From assembly GCF_006345805.1 (NCBI RefSeq), contig NW_021832605.1, forward strand, positions 62,001 to 126,000: DNA of 64,000 nucleotides. The letters are read 5' to 3'. Positions 50,301 through 62,784 of this stretch are shown here, piece by piece (positions within the stretch are counted from its first letter, which is position 1; the number at the start of each line of letters is the position of its first letter). A program made the position numbers and the translations under genes. Source of the stretch: Octopus sinensis. Taxonomy: Eukaryota. A model generated the notes under the pieces. That model saw only the letters and a program-made list of their open reading frames with translations, searched no databases and was not told the DNA's origin.

Positions 50301-51170
50301 TCATATTACGCAAAGGACGAAAGATCTGCGTCCCGAGGACGCCCACGAAATACATTACCTATTGTAATCTCAAAAGAACTACAACGCGTTAAAAGACAAC
50401 TGAAAAATGGAGACGACCTAGATACTCTCAGGAGTATAGCATACAACCGCACATCATGGAAAATTATGACCGAAAAGATAGTCTCATATGTGGCACATGT
50501 GGGAACTTAATTAGTTTAAATTACATTATGTTCCTATGACAGTGCTAATAATAATAATAAAAGTATTCAGGAGCCTGGCTGACAGCTATCCCCATTTTGT
50601 CAGTCGGGACGTTACTGGATTACGAATACCTCTGCATCGCAGTTTATCTGCGCCTTGGATTAAACATCTGCCGTGAAAATCAATGCCGTTGCGGTCAGAC
50701 GATTTGCACCTTGTCAATACATCCGCTATCTTGCCGTCGTATCGCTGGCCGTTTCCCCCGCCACGCTTGGCATAGTGATGTGGTAAGCCGTGCCCTGACA
50801 TCTGCAGGATTCCCTAATGTGTTGGAACTAGTCGGGTTATCGCGGAGATGGAAAGCGCCCAGACGGCATGACAACATTTCCTTTATCTGGGACGCGACAA
50901 TCAGATCTCGTCAGTTGGCGAGCCTAGCTTAGCGGCAAAATTCACGGTGCTCTCAAAATCAAGAAAATACTCCTCCCTGTTCAGAAATAAAATTTTGCTC
51001 AAATAGCCGTCAGGGGTCATCTGTCCGGAATCACTTTCCTTCCTCGGCTGGGGACGAAGATCGCTAAGAAAAGCAAAAACCCCAACGAGACTCGTCATCT
51101 TCTCCAAAGAGTTTCATTGGCGATCGTTCGGGGGAACAGCCAGGCCATCTTACGTGCCGGAAATTCGAAA
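47400..51170 (+). mobile_element. Degenerate CRE-type element split by the RTE insertion
   Basis: Left flank LEIPDDLTKQRQW..KYSG continues after 50572 as AWLTAIP..CRCG..HPLSC..QRVSLAIVRG. Confidence 0.75.
47540..50557. mobile_element. RTE-clade LINE with a 2.5-kb inverted 5' segment
   Basis: APE+RT frame of 817 aa on the minus strand; 3' end (LYNGGTWG..RWRLLGHILR..RGRP) and (TAA)n tail on the plus strand; 15-bp TSD TAAAAGTATTCAGGA (47525-47539, 50558-50572). Confidence 0.93.
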
Positions 51171-51349
51171 TCGTGAAAATAAATTGTTTTACGTCTATTA
51201 TTAAATTTTGACTATAAAGTACGACCCTGGTTTTAGGCCCCTCGGTTTTGGGGTGATCCACCCTCGGTTTTGGGGCAGTTTTAAAAACAGTCAATTCTTC
51301 ATTATATTCATTTTTTTAATTAATTTAATTGCATTCATTTCTAATCAAT

Positions 51350-52091
51350 AAAAATTTATTAAAATAAAGCGTCTACGTTTTTTTAACTTGATTCATATTA
51401 ACTATTTTAGACTTCCCTGAACTTGTTTTAATCTGTTGAATAAAATAATAATAAAATAGACCTCTAGTCGATTGTTTGACAAAATTTGAACAACCTCAGC
51501 AGGTTCTCCATATGGGGATTCAAATCGGTTTAGCCTTAGGGAAGGATTTGTCCCAAAATCCTTTAGAACTCTAACCTAACAATTATTCACTAAAAATACT
51601 CCGCTCCCAATTGAAAAATCGTATTTCGATTGATGAACATTCATTTTTTTATTCATGCGTTTAAAATATGGTGAATTTAAATTAGGTGGAGAAAAATTCA
51701 ATATAAAATCAGTAGCATCCAAGTTGTCTAGCATATGTTATTCAAAATTTACCTGAAACATCTAAAATATTTTCTACATCCATATCCTCTGATGATACAT
51801 GATAAAAATCATCCGAACACTCACTTTCTTTGAAATTAAAAAAATTAAAAAAACTTTTATCATCATGAATGACGGTGTTTATACCAGAAACTCCTCTTCG
51901 TTTTTTAAATGGTGTTTCATTTATAGAAGAATAAATAGTCGTGTTATATGTAAAAATGCTTCGTTTAATAAATTGGATCCAGTTTTTAGTTGATTCTTCA
52001 TTCATCAGCTTTGAAAGATTTCGTGTTAAAGTTTGATTAAATCTTTCCACGATACCCTGAAACAGATAAATATTGTGTCATTACTTGTGAT
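51350..52091 (-). mobile_element. Second copy (3' half) of the Ginger-like integrase element
   Basis: High nucleotide similarity to 30222-30700 (ERFNQTLTRNLSKLM); same intron, here 28 nt; extends further 3'. Confidence 0.8.
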
Positions 52092-52290
52092 TGTCGCGTC
52101 CCACACGAGCTACCCATCCCATGGTGAAAATTGAATAATAACGCTAAAAATATTAAATATGCCCACACGAGTAACAAATGATTAAACCACATTAATTATG
52201 ACATCTGACAGCCAATGACCTCGTAAAAATGATTGATTGACAGGTGACTTGTAGCCAGCATGGGATGCGTAACCACCATGGGACGCGACA
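52092..52290. mobile_element. 199-bp TGT..ACA mini-element
   Basis: 12-bp TIR TGTCGCGTCCCA; body homologous to 27267-27410; no clean TSD. Confidence 0.75.
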
Positions 52291-52295
52291 TATTA

Positions 52296-53175
52296 TGTCA
52301 CATGCCTCAGGGATTACTATGCCCCACTCGTTACCTCCGAATTATTTCTGAGAAATAATTGATTAATGATTTTTCAATTTTTTAGAAAAATTAATAATCA
52401 ATCACAACGACATTAAATTCAACCTATATATTAGGTTAATTAGAGTACAATTTAATGATATACTAAAAGATGCTTTAAAACAAATAAATTAAAATAATAT
52501 TTTTATACAACAAACCATTTTGACTGATAAGCACATTAAAACATATTTTAAAAATGTGAATTGTGTGAAACGCTTCAAAGGCACATAATTTGATAGTTTT
52601 ATAATTAACTCTAACCAGTTTTTAGTTTTATTTAAAACATTTTTTGAAATGTAAAAAGATAAAGGTTTAAAATCATCTGTAGATCTCTTATAAAAAACTC
52701 AAACTTTATCCAGTTTTTTAGTTTAAAATCATATATAGATCTGAAGTTTAAAACGAAAAATTAAATTTGTCCTTTTTTGATTCTTTTCATGTGAACAATC
52801 TTTGTATCTCCATTCGAAAATTCTACTTTAAATTTTTTCAAACCCTAAACCCAACCAATTCCCTAACCTTCACCCTAACCCTAACCTTCACCCAAACCCT
52901 AACCTTCACCCAAACCCTAACCTTCACCCTAACCCTAACCTATACCCTAACCCTAACCTATACCCTAACCATAACCATGAGATAAAACAGCATGCTTAAT
53001 TTATTGTTTTTTAATGATAATGGTTAAGCATTGAAAAAATAAAAATCCATAATATTATTAATTTTTAAATTAATAAGTAAATATATTTCAATCATTTAAA
53101 TATTTTAAATTGAAATTTTAAAAATTTAGAGCAATGGTAACGAGCGGGGCATGGTAACGAACAGGGCATGTGACA
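52296..53175. mobile_element. Non-autonomous TIR element carrying a telomere-like array
   Basis: About 40-bp imperfect TIRs (TGTCACATGCC..TGCCCC(A/G)CTCGTTACC); flanked by direct TATTA repeats (5-bp or TA TSD); AT-rich, non-coding. Confidence 0.8.
52843..52980 (+). repeat. Degenerate (CCCTAA)n telomere-like hexamer array
   Basis: About 23 hexamers (CCCTAA, CCTTCA, CCCAAA, CCTATA) with an 18-bp higher-order period. Confidence 0.9.
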
Positions 53176-53187
53176 TATTATTTAAAC

Positions 53188-54252
53188 CAGGCCTGGCCAA
53201 CCCAAATCGCATCGCGGGCCACTTTGTCCAAATGAATCCTTTCCGCGGGCCGCATATACATGTACATACTAAGGATAGATATCAAAACAACACAGATAAG
53301 ATTTTATTTAGTAAAATAGCATTCAGTCCAATTATACGTATCAATGAGAAATCTGTTTTTCTTTATCTTCACTTAATTTTTTCAAATCAACTTCACAATT
53401 ACTAGTTGCACATCTTAATTGGTTTTCTAAGTTTTTATCTGTTAAAGAAGATCTATATCTACTTTTACTAAACTTTAATTTCGAAAAGAATGATTCACAT
53501 ACGTAAGTAGATCCAAAGGAGCTTACAACTCTTTGTGCAAAAATTCTTAAGTTGGGATATTTTTCTGCAGTCACATATTTGTTATAAAAGTCAATTTTGG
53601 ATATAGTAGGATAAACAAGTCTTAGTTCACTGTTGCACTGTAGGTCAATTATTTCCGTCTGCAAAGTATTTGAAACAATAGAAACGTCAACATGAAATGG
53701 AGAAGAAAATGTTTCAAACATTTTCTCATATTTTTTTAGTTCCGAGAATCGACTGTCAAATGCTGCAGCAAGATTTTTTATTTCATCAGCGTACTTGAAG
53801 AAATTTTTACAATGGCTGATTTTAAATTGATTTAGCGTTGGAAAATGTTGATCATTTCCATTTCTTATTTGACATTCAAACAATGACAATTTCATTCGAA
53901 ATGCTTTGACTTGATGGCATGCATTAGTAATCAAATTATCCTGTCCTTGTAACTCCTTGTTTAATTGATTAATTTTTTCGGTTATATCTACCAAAAAGCA
54001 CAGATCTAGCATCCATTCTTCATCATTTAATTCAGTTAAAATTTTCCTTTTCTTCATATTGATAACAGCTACAAAAATAGATAAACTTTAAAATTTATTA
54101 AACTTATAAAATTTATCTTTATTTATTAAACTTAAGAAAATTTATCTTGAATGTATTTATAGGTTAACTACATACAAAATTTCTCTCGCGGGCCGCACCA
54201 AACTCCATCGCGGGCCGCATGCGGCCCGCGGGCCTTGGGTTGGCCAGCCCTG
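53188..54252 (-). mobile_element. Buster-type hAT deletion derivative
   Basis: 17-bp TIR CAGG(C/G)CTGGCCAACCCA, perfect TSD ATTTAAAC; retains an open 238-aa C-terminal transposase frame (FGSTYVCESFFS); 22-bp palindrome at 54209-54230. Confidence 0.93.
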
Positions 54253-54624
54253 ATTTAAACGAAACGAAAAATTTTTATTTTAAAAAGGCTGTTATTATTT
54301 ATTTTTGATGACCATGGTTATGGGCAAATATTTAATTTATTCAATTACAAAATTTTATTTAACTATAATTTTACGTTTTTATTTTTATTCTTGCATGGTT
54401 CGTATAAAGAATTCCAAGGTTAATTATGAAACAAAATTTAAAATTGCTAACAAAATTTGGTTTATTATTTTGACGTTAACTGACTGCGATCGAAACAAGG
54501 AATCATGCGATCCAAATAATCAATCTTCTCCAAACATAAATCGTATACACTAGATTAGTTTTTGAAACTTTTCTACGTTTAAAAGATGAATTGCTTTTAA
54601 TTTCTGGAACCATATTGAAACTCA

Positions 54625-54819
54625 TTGCAAAAAAAAATTTCTACAAAAATAAATTACGAATCATTTAAGGCATCAAATGGATGGCTCGACCGGTTCAAGG
54701 AAAGGGACGAGTTGCAATTTAAAACTATAGGTGGAGAAAAGAATTCGTCTGACCTTTTTCAATTATCCAATTTTTTCTCTGATTATGGCAACTGTTTGGA
54801 AACTTTTAGGATCAATTAA
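54625..54819 (+). mobile_element. pogo/Tigger CENP-B HTH fragment
   Basis: FKASNGWLDRFKER motif. Confidence 0.7.
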
Positions 54820-54884
54820 ATCACTTGAAACCTTTCATTAAATAAATGACTCAAATCGTCACACTGGTTCAGTGGTAGAGTAAA

Positions 54885-55190
54885 CTTGCATATATTGCAG
54901 TCACTTACGACTTGACGAATGATGTTTCGTTGAATACCAAAAATCTCATTCTGCAACGTGTATCCAGAGCATTATTCCCATAATGGTTTGTTTCGTAGAT
55001 TTCTTAAGCAATGATTTTCATTTCTTCTGGGTTTGTTAAAGCTAAAATGAGCTTGTGAAGTCGATTAGTATTTTGCAGATATAGCTTTCCGTCAATAAGA
55101 ATGTAATTTTCAGTTTTCTTTTTTAGTCAGAGTTAATGAGATAACGTATGCCTCTTCTCCGTTGTTTCCCTCTTTTTTTATGTTTAATTT
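54885..55190 (-). mobile_element. Third, diverged Ginger-like fragment (N-terminal and zinc-binding region)
   Basis: KLYLQ..HKLILALTNPEEMKIIA..NHYG..AICKF aligns by eye with 29700-29990. Confidence 0.55.
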
Positions 55191-55329
55191 AAAATTCGAG
55201 AAGAAAAGGCAAGAACACTTTAAACCGTTTCCATCGCGTCTTCCATCTCTTGAGGAATGGGTTGGTCCAGCTAAAGTCCATTTGCCAATTTGATGGCATA
55301 TCGTCTCATCTTTTTGAGCTCAGCCATAA

Positions 55330-57400
55330 TGCCAACCCTCTCAGGAATAGGGCACCATTCAGCTAAGCAATGGTTCGACGCACGTTTTATAAACATATAA
55401 AAACGTTTCCAGAAAAAGATGGAAGTGAATTATGCTCCTGAAAATTTGAGCGCATTTCCTTCTCCTTGAATCGATGTATCTGAAGTAAGAACCCCTAGAT
55501 CCAACTTCAACCCCAAGGTATTTCAGGTTCTTCGTTACTGTTACTGTAAACCCATGGAGCTCCCTGTTTTGCAATCCAAGTGGCGGTGCACCTTTCGTTG
55601 CGAGTGTCAGTCCTTTTGATATGCACCATTCTTCCACTCTTGTCACGTATCCTTTTAATTTCCTCCACGAGATATCTTTTCTCCATGAAGCATCCGTTAT
55701 TTGTATATCGTCCGCGTAGATCATGAGACGACTGGTAGGATCTTTCGGTTTTGGAATATCAGCAACGTGGATATTAAAAAGCAGAGGGCTCAAGACCGAG
55801 CCTTGAGGTACCCCTCTTTTGAGATCGACAGATTCCGACAAACGGTCGTATGAATGAACTCCCCATGGATAGATAGCTCTTCAGCCAATTGACCGTTCTA
55901 GACCCGGGTTTTATTCTGGCGACACTTTCCAAGAGGCCCAGGTGCCATACGCTGTCAAAAGCTTTTGAGACTATTGCTATAGTCGCTATATTATTTGCAA
56001 GACTAAGCGAGATGACTTTCTCGAGTTCTCCGAAATAATCTCCGCAAGATCTTTTTCGTCGGAATCCCCACTGCTTCGCTGCAAGTGCACCTCATTCCTC
56101 TACAAAGTTCGAAAGCCTTGTGAAGACAATCCGTTCCATAATTTTAGAGACGGAGCATATTAGGCTTATTGGCCGATAGTTCTCTGCATGGTCCTTCATT
56201 TTTCCAGGCTTTGGAATCATACGTACGATTGACTTTTTCCAAGAGTCCGGTACATATCCAAGTCTCCAGCTTGCATTGTATAGTGCGGTCAAGTATCGTA
56301 AGAGAATAATTGGAGCATGTTTGAATACAGTAATTGGAATGTAGTCATGACCGGGTGCATTGTTCTTGCAGCTCATAATAGCGGCATACGTTTCTTCCAA
56401 CGTTATGTCTCTGCACAGTGGTCCCGTATAACTCAAGTTAGCACGCAGACTTCTCTGTGGTTACATATAAATTCTTTCGGAACCATGTCGATCGGATCCA
56501 CTTCTTGAACTTGAAATGTGAGGGAACTTCATCGAGCGGGATAGCTATTCCTTCAGTTGTTTTTAGTCGAATCTTTTCTCCTTTGTTCTCCATATTAATT
56601 AGTCTGTTGAAAACCTTCCAAAAATGAGGGTTTTTCTTATTCAGTTTCGAGCATTGACTCTTCCAAGCAATGTCTGAATGTTTTTTTTGCGACATTATTT
56701 ATCTTTGTTTTCACGATACGAATCTTATCTATGGGGTCACTGCATTGTCCTAGCTTTTTTCAAGGTTCCTCTTCCATTTTATAAGTTTTCCCAAAGATCG
56801 GAGTTTTTCTGTTACTATTTGACATGATGTATTTTCTGACCGAAGATTTTTGGAGAACTCTCTGAGAATTTTATCAAGTTTTTCAATTTGTATATCCGAG
56901 GAGATGTTTTCTATTGGATACAGTATAAAATGCATTTTCATTTATATCTCGAAGTCAGACCAGATTGTTCAAGACGTATCATATCCGATGAAAAGATCTT
57001 CCTATATTGTAGATGATGTTCGCATACATAAAGATTGGAACATATTTCACACAAATTTTCTTCAACGATTTTCAAGTCCCTCATCATCAGGTTGTCTTTA
57101 TAATATATGGATGTTCCAGTGCCAGCCACTGCGTCAGGTCGCCATGGGATCAATCGACTGAAAACCATGGATTTTGTGATGCTGCTTTCCCTTAAGCTTT
57201 GTTTCATTAACAACCAATATGTCCATTTTTACCGATCTAACCAAGTAGATTAGCTCCGTAGCGCTTTTCCGAATTGACTGGGCGTTGATAAGCGTAAAAA
57301 CGCTCATATCGTCAAGTTGTGGTGACTGTCCTTCATAACGAGCGCCACCAGTTCCAGTAAATTTTTAAACGTTTTTTTAGTCGTCGTTTTCAATTTAAGA
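55330..57400 (-). mobile_element. Jockey-like LINE (APE-RT), frameshifted
   Basis: APGHD, IPKPGK..NYRPISL, GVPQGSVLSPLLFNI, YADD motifs across several broken ORFs. Confidence 0.88.
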
Positions 57401-57820
57401 TGGAGATCCTCCAGTTTTGCTTTTAAATGTTCAATTCCACTTATTTTTTCGTCTGCCACCAGTATGTTGCATGTCCCAGGATTGACTTAGAAGTGTCCCA
57501 GAGTTGTGTTTACACCTTGTTCCAACTTTAATTTTTTACGCCTTATTTTAACGTGAACTATCATTTTGTAGCGAGCTGTCAGTGTTTTGACAGCTGCGAC
57601 ATATTATTTGCCAAATTCTAGTATTTGTCAACTTTTTGAAATTCCCAGCAGAATGTCCGCTCTATTTAACAAATTGCACAATTCTGGATTTCCAAAAAAT
57701 GTTTGTCCAATTCCACCACATGATGTATACTACATCATGTATACTGCCTACAACACTCACATGTATGACCTACTAGTCATATATTAACTATCAACAAGTA
57801 ACAAAAAATAAACATATAAA

Positions 57821-60800
57821 CTATATGGAGAGGGAATGGATGTATTGCTCGTCCACTACTTTTCCGTGCACTACAAAACGGAACAACAAATCAACCCTCG
57901 AAATATCGAATGATCTTATTCCACAAACCAAGCCCTCTCAATGCCTGGCAATCCCCGAATATAAACAAATGTTTCCGGGCACGAGTAAACGACACATTGA
58001 CTCGTCTGAAATGAACCGACTTGACTACCTTTCATCACACAAGAAGCCGAGTGATTTACTCTTGACACAAGACAACAGCATGACCTCCCGTTCTGCCCCT
58101 TGGAATGCATCGGCCGTGGCCACATGCATGTTTGGGTCCTCCACACCAAGTCTGTGAATTACACAATACATAATACAGAGAGAGTTGTCTTTCTATTTCT
58201 CTTACCTGAGCCTTGAAGAATGTGAGTAGGCCAATCGAACAAGGCGTCCACAGTCCAGATTTTAGCAAATATGAACAGAGAATGGCACAAAGTCGAGCCT
58301 CTGTCTGGTTGGAATAGCTTCCTCCCATTTCGGAGGACTCCCCTCGGACATCCACAAAGAGTAAAGTGGGAAGTGTGGAAGTAGAAACCGGACAGTCTCT
58401 CCCGTCTTTAATGACTCCGTTGTAGAACAACTCGTTGGATATCCTCGATATGAGTGGAGGGCAGCGGTATTGATAAGTGAGGTAGTAAGTGGGGTGACCC
58501 AATCTCTGCAGTCTGTTAAAAAGAGTCAGTTGTGATGTGTTGGAAGTGAATCCCCCCACGAGAGCAGGTCCCAATTGCTATAATATCAGTAAAGGACAAC
58601 CTTAGTATCTCCAAATGCAATAAGAATACGAGGCTTAAACTTGAGAATAGTAAAGAGAGCAGTCGACTCGAGCATTTGACTGGCCTCATCGAGTAACATG
58701 AACTATTTTAAACATATATAATCAACTGTGGCAGTGTGTTGGGCAAGACACGTGTGGTCTATGGAGGCACACGTCACCCCGACCAAGAATGGTAGTCGTT
58801 TGGGATGTGTCTTATCTGCGTGAATACTCAAAGGTATCAATTCTTTTTCTATTCGTTTATAACTTCCCACACGAATAAAGTCGTCAAACTCTAAACTGTG
58901 GAGACTAACAAAATATAAAGACAATCCAACATGGATAGCACTCTGTCGACAGCCACGTTAGTGAGAGCACATAAAACTGCACTATGAGAGTCCCCACCCA
59001 GTTCATTTAACAAGACAATAAGCACAGCCAGCAAAAAACTCTTTCCTGAACCAAAAACACCCTCGACCAGTACAATTGGAGACGCAGCCTTGCCAGTGAT
59101 GACATCCACCAAATGACAGACCACAGCCTTCTGGTCACAATTCAGAGAGAAGCGTTCGAACATTCGTTGAGTGGTGAGGACTGCTGACTCGACCAACATT
59201 AATGGAGGGACACCACTGCCATTAAGGATATGAGAGAGAAGAGGAATGTCTGAGGGACTGTCCAATTCGGAGTGAAGACCGATCAACCTACCCACCTCAC
59301 TCCCCAAATCTTCCACCATAAGTACGTGACAGGACTCTACTAATGCCAAGACAATCCAACTTCCGAGGATATTTCCCAAAGGACTGATAATTTCCACGTC
59401 AATAAAACCAGCCGAGGTCGGTCCAAATGAACGAGAGCGGACAAGAGCAGAGTCAGTGAGATCGACTGAGGTGGATACAACCCACACATCTCCCTTGTTA
59501 AATACACTCGATTTGTCCAATCTTTCGGATATCTTCATCGTCAAGTTATTCCTAGTCTACCAATGCCCACATAAGTCTGACCTTTCTAGAGAGGACACAG
59601 CCACAATACACAATCATATCATTTTTCCTACACAAACTGAGAAAAGATTTCCTCCCCGACTCAGAAGCCACTGATTTGGCCGAATTTACTCCATTCGCCC
59701 ACTTAAAATACTGCAAGTAATCAGAACATATAAACAGGGCATGGAGTCTTCCCACCACAGGAGTAGAAGAAACGTCCTTCGTTTCTGGATTGTCTGAGTA
59801 TAGCCTGAGCTCCACAGTGACACTTTTTTGGAGGATTGTTGCGATTGACTACAATAAGAGAATATTTCAACCACAATGCTGTCCCAATACCCGACGATAT
59901 GCCCGTCCACTCTCTGCTATAGCATGGTTAATATAATCTGTCTATTCATTTAATATATACTTTCCAACAAATCAATGTTATACTCAATGTATTCCTTGTA
60001 TGTCGAAAATGAACATATATCCCAAGATTTATTCAAATGTGTCGAATTCCCGTTCAAATTCACTTTTAACGAAATCGGCCACTTAATTTCAGCCTCTCCG
60101 ACTATCTCATCAACAGATTCTCCATTCCTTTCAACACATTCCCCAACCATCTTACACCCCTCAACACATTCTCCCATTTCTTGTACACATTCTTCAGTTC
60201 TATCAGTCTTGGAGTATTTCTCTGGTAGTAATGAAGATAAAAGTAATGCAATTTCCTTCCGACTTCTCGTAGGAGGACTACTGGCTCCCTTTTCTGGGTG
60301 AGGAGACTGGAAAGTGGTTGGGGCATTCAGTCTTATTTCTGGAGGACTACAATCACGGGAAATTGGATTATAAAGTCTCTTTTTTGGCTGGGACTGGACT
60401 TGTGGATTATTGAGAGTATCGTTAGGGAATTGGATTGTGTAGTTTGGACGATTTATTGTGGATGAAATGTGTTTCTGAGGAAATGAATCGATGTATTTCC
60501 CCTCTTGATCATATAAGGTGGCTTTATTAGACAAATTTGATGTCTTGATTACTCCATCATGCCAGACTTTTGATTTGTTTTTGCAGTACATAACTTGATG
60601 TGTCTTATCTGTCTGTGAACTGCATACACGCTTCGGAAGTTGTGGTTCGTGGCAGTGAGAGGCCACGTCTATTAAAAATCTGTCTGTTTCAAAGATTTCT
60701 CCAATTTGTATGTTGGAGGAGTAGATCGACTCGATTTTTACAAGTTTATCGTTTAATAATTGTCCCGAGTTAGTTGATGTGCATCGAAGGTAGCCATCAT

Positions 60801-60887
60801 GCCAAATTTTGGCTTTTTTTGATTTGTCAGAAGTATATAAGATCTATAAATTAATTCACGTCATAACCTCACCTGATAAAACTCCAT
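57821..60887 (-). CDS. ZGRF1: ZGRF1 helicase (2x DUF2439, GRF zinc finger, UPF1-like SF1B helicase)
   Basis: K.WHDG N-terminal repeats, CHCG..GRFFYSC..C|YFKW finger, GVFGSGKS, LDEASQ, QYRC, TVDAFQG, RVNVSFTRAR; introns 23-29 nt. Confidence 0.9.
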
Positions 60888-61444
60888 TTTACCTCCATTT
60901 TTGTTTTTTTATTTCATTTTAATTTTAATAAAAAATATTTCAAATGCATATATAAAATATAATAATGTATGATTTAACACTTATTAAAAGGTAAAATGTA
61001 AAACAGAGGAAAGTTCAATTATTTATTAATACTCTGTATGACTGGATTACTCTAAACTTGTTATCTTTATTATCAACTAAATCATCAGTCAGTCTTCTAA
61101 CAAGTAATACACAAAAATAAAATTTCATTCAGACAATCACAGCCAACAATATTCAAATTCCTCGCATCAACAAAGTCAAATTACTCAGGATAATTTACGA
61201 TACCTTTTATCATTTTGCAAACACATTGAAAATCTGATTTATAAATGTAAATGTAAAATGAATGCCCTCCGCTCACGCACAGGAACCGACTTTAGACAAA
61301 ACAAAGAATGCCTAACATACACCCCTCGACATAAATATTGGTGAATCTTCAACTTACTTCATTCATACAAAGAATGATTTAATTTTTTCTTCAGATATAT
61401 TTTAAAATCTGATAAAATTGATAAAAATTAATTTAATTATTTAA

Positions 61445-62510
61445 ATTTTGAAATTTTGTCTAAGAAATTTGGAAAAAACAACGACTTTCATTGGCATAAA
61501 ATTTGGTTATTGTGAGATTAATATGTAGAATAACCTCCTTTTGCCGAATAGATCTCCCAACACCTTTTTTCATTGACTCAACTAATTTTTCAAGTGTTTT
61601 TGATGGAATAGAATTCCAAATATCTAATAGATTTTCCTTCAGTGCCTGAATGTTCTCATTTTTTCTTTGCCTAATTTGAACCTTCATATAAGCCCACAAA
61701 TGCTTAATCGGATTTAAATCCGGAGATTGCGAAGGCCATTCTAATTTTTAATATGTTTTTCGCAAAAATATTGAATAATCATTTTGATGGGATGGCTGGG
61801 GTGAAAAATATAGTCAACAATCCTCATTTTTTGTGCAGAATATGGCAAATTATTTGTCAAAATAGATTGATATTTTGCAGCATTAAGCGTCTTGTCTATA
61901 AATACCAAATCGCCTACCCCATGATAGGAAAAACAACCCCACACCATGATTTTCCCTAATTTTTTATTACATCACAATTTACCTTTTTCAAATTTGACAG
62001 TTGGAGTAATATTTTAGGATTTATTTATTTAAAATTTTTTCTATACACAATTTTTCTTTTTTGGGTCGTTAATAATTAAAAATACATTCATCAGGAAAGA
62101 TTATTGATCCAAAATAATGGTCTGAAATTTAAGAAATTTTTTGAATCTGGAAACCATGTTTTTTTTGTTAGAAGTGGTTTTTTCTTTGCAATTCTTCCGA
62201 AAATTCCATTTTTATTTAAATTTCGTATTATGGTTCGAGACGAGACACGTGTTCCAGAAAACTTTTATATTTCATTAGAGAGTTCAGAAGCAGTTAAAGA
62301 TGAATTTTCCTCTGATGTGCGTACCAAATGATTAATTTGCACATTATTCAAAATTGATAGTCTTCCAGAACCATGTTGGCGGTCATATGATCTAGTTTTA
62401 TTGTATTTCTTGATAAAATTTACGACTGTTGAATATGGAACACCGGTTTCTTTAGAAATTTTAATATATGACATATTTAAGTCGTATAGCGCAATTATTT
62501 TCCCTTTCAT
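61445..62510 (-). mobile_element. Tc1-family transposase remnant with a 27-nt intron
   Basis: N-terminal HTH (GSGR), PTVKFEK|GKIMVWGCFSYHGVG, WPSQSPDLNP; frameshifts; TIRs not located. Confidence 0.8.
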
Positions 62511-62784
62511 AAACGAATCGAGAGTATTATATCTAAAAATATTTTTTTATTAAGATCAATCTCTAAATACTAGCATAATTTGACGGTTAAAATTTTATAA
62601 CCAATTTTTATGTCACTAACCTAATTGCCGACATGCTTTAAATTTCTTGCAATATTAAAATTTAAATCTATTTTAATTATAAATACAAAATAAATATTAT
62701 TTTAGAAGATCTAAAGGATCTTAAAGTATGAATTTATTCGTTTTTAAATGAAAAAAAGCAGGAAAGATTAAATAACCAAATTTT

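Noticed and set aside
54209-54230. Perfect 22-bp GC palindrome
   Set aside because: Ordinary subterminal feature of Buster/Charlie hAT ends.
54858-54883. TGGTTCAGTGGTAGA tRNA A-box
   Set aside because: Only a 5' fragment with no B-box or cloverleaf; at most a SINE remnant.
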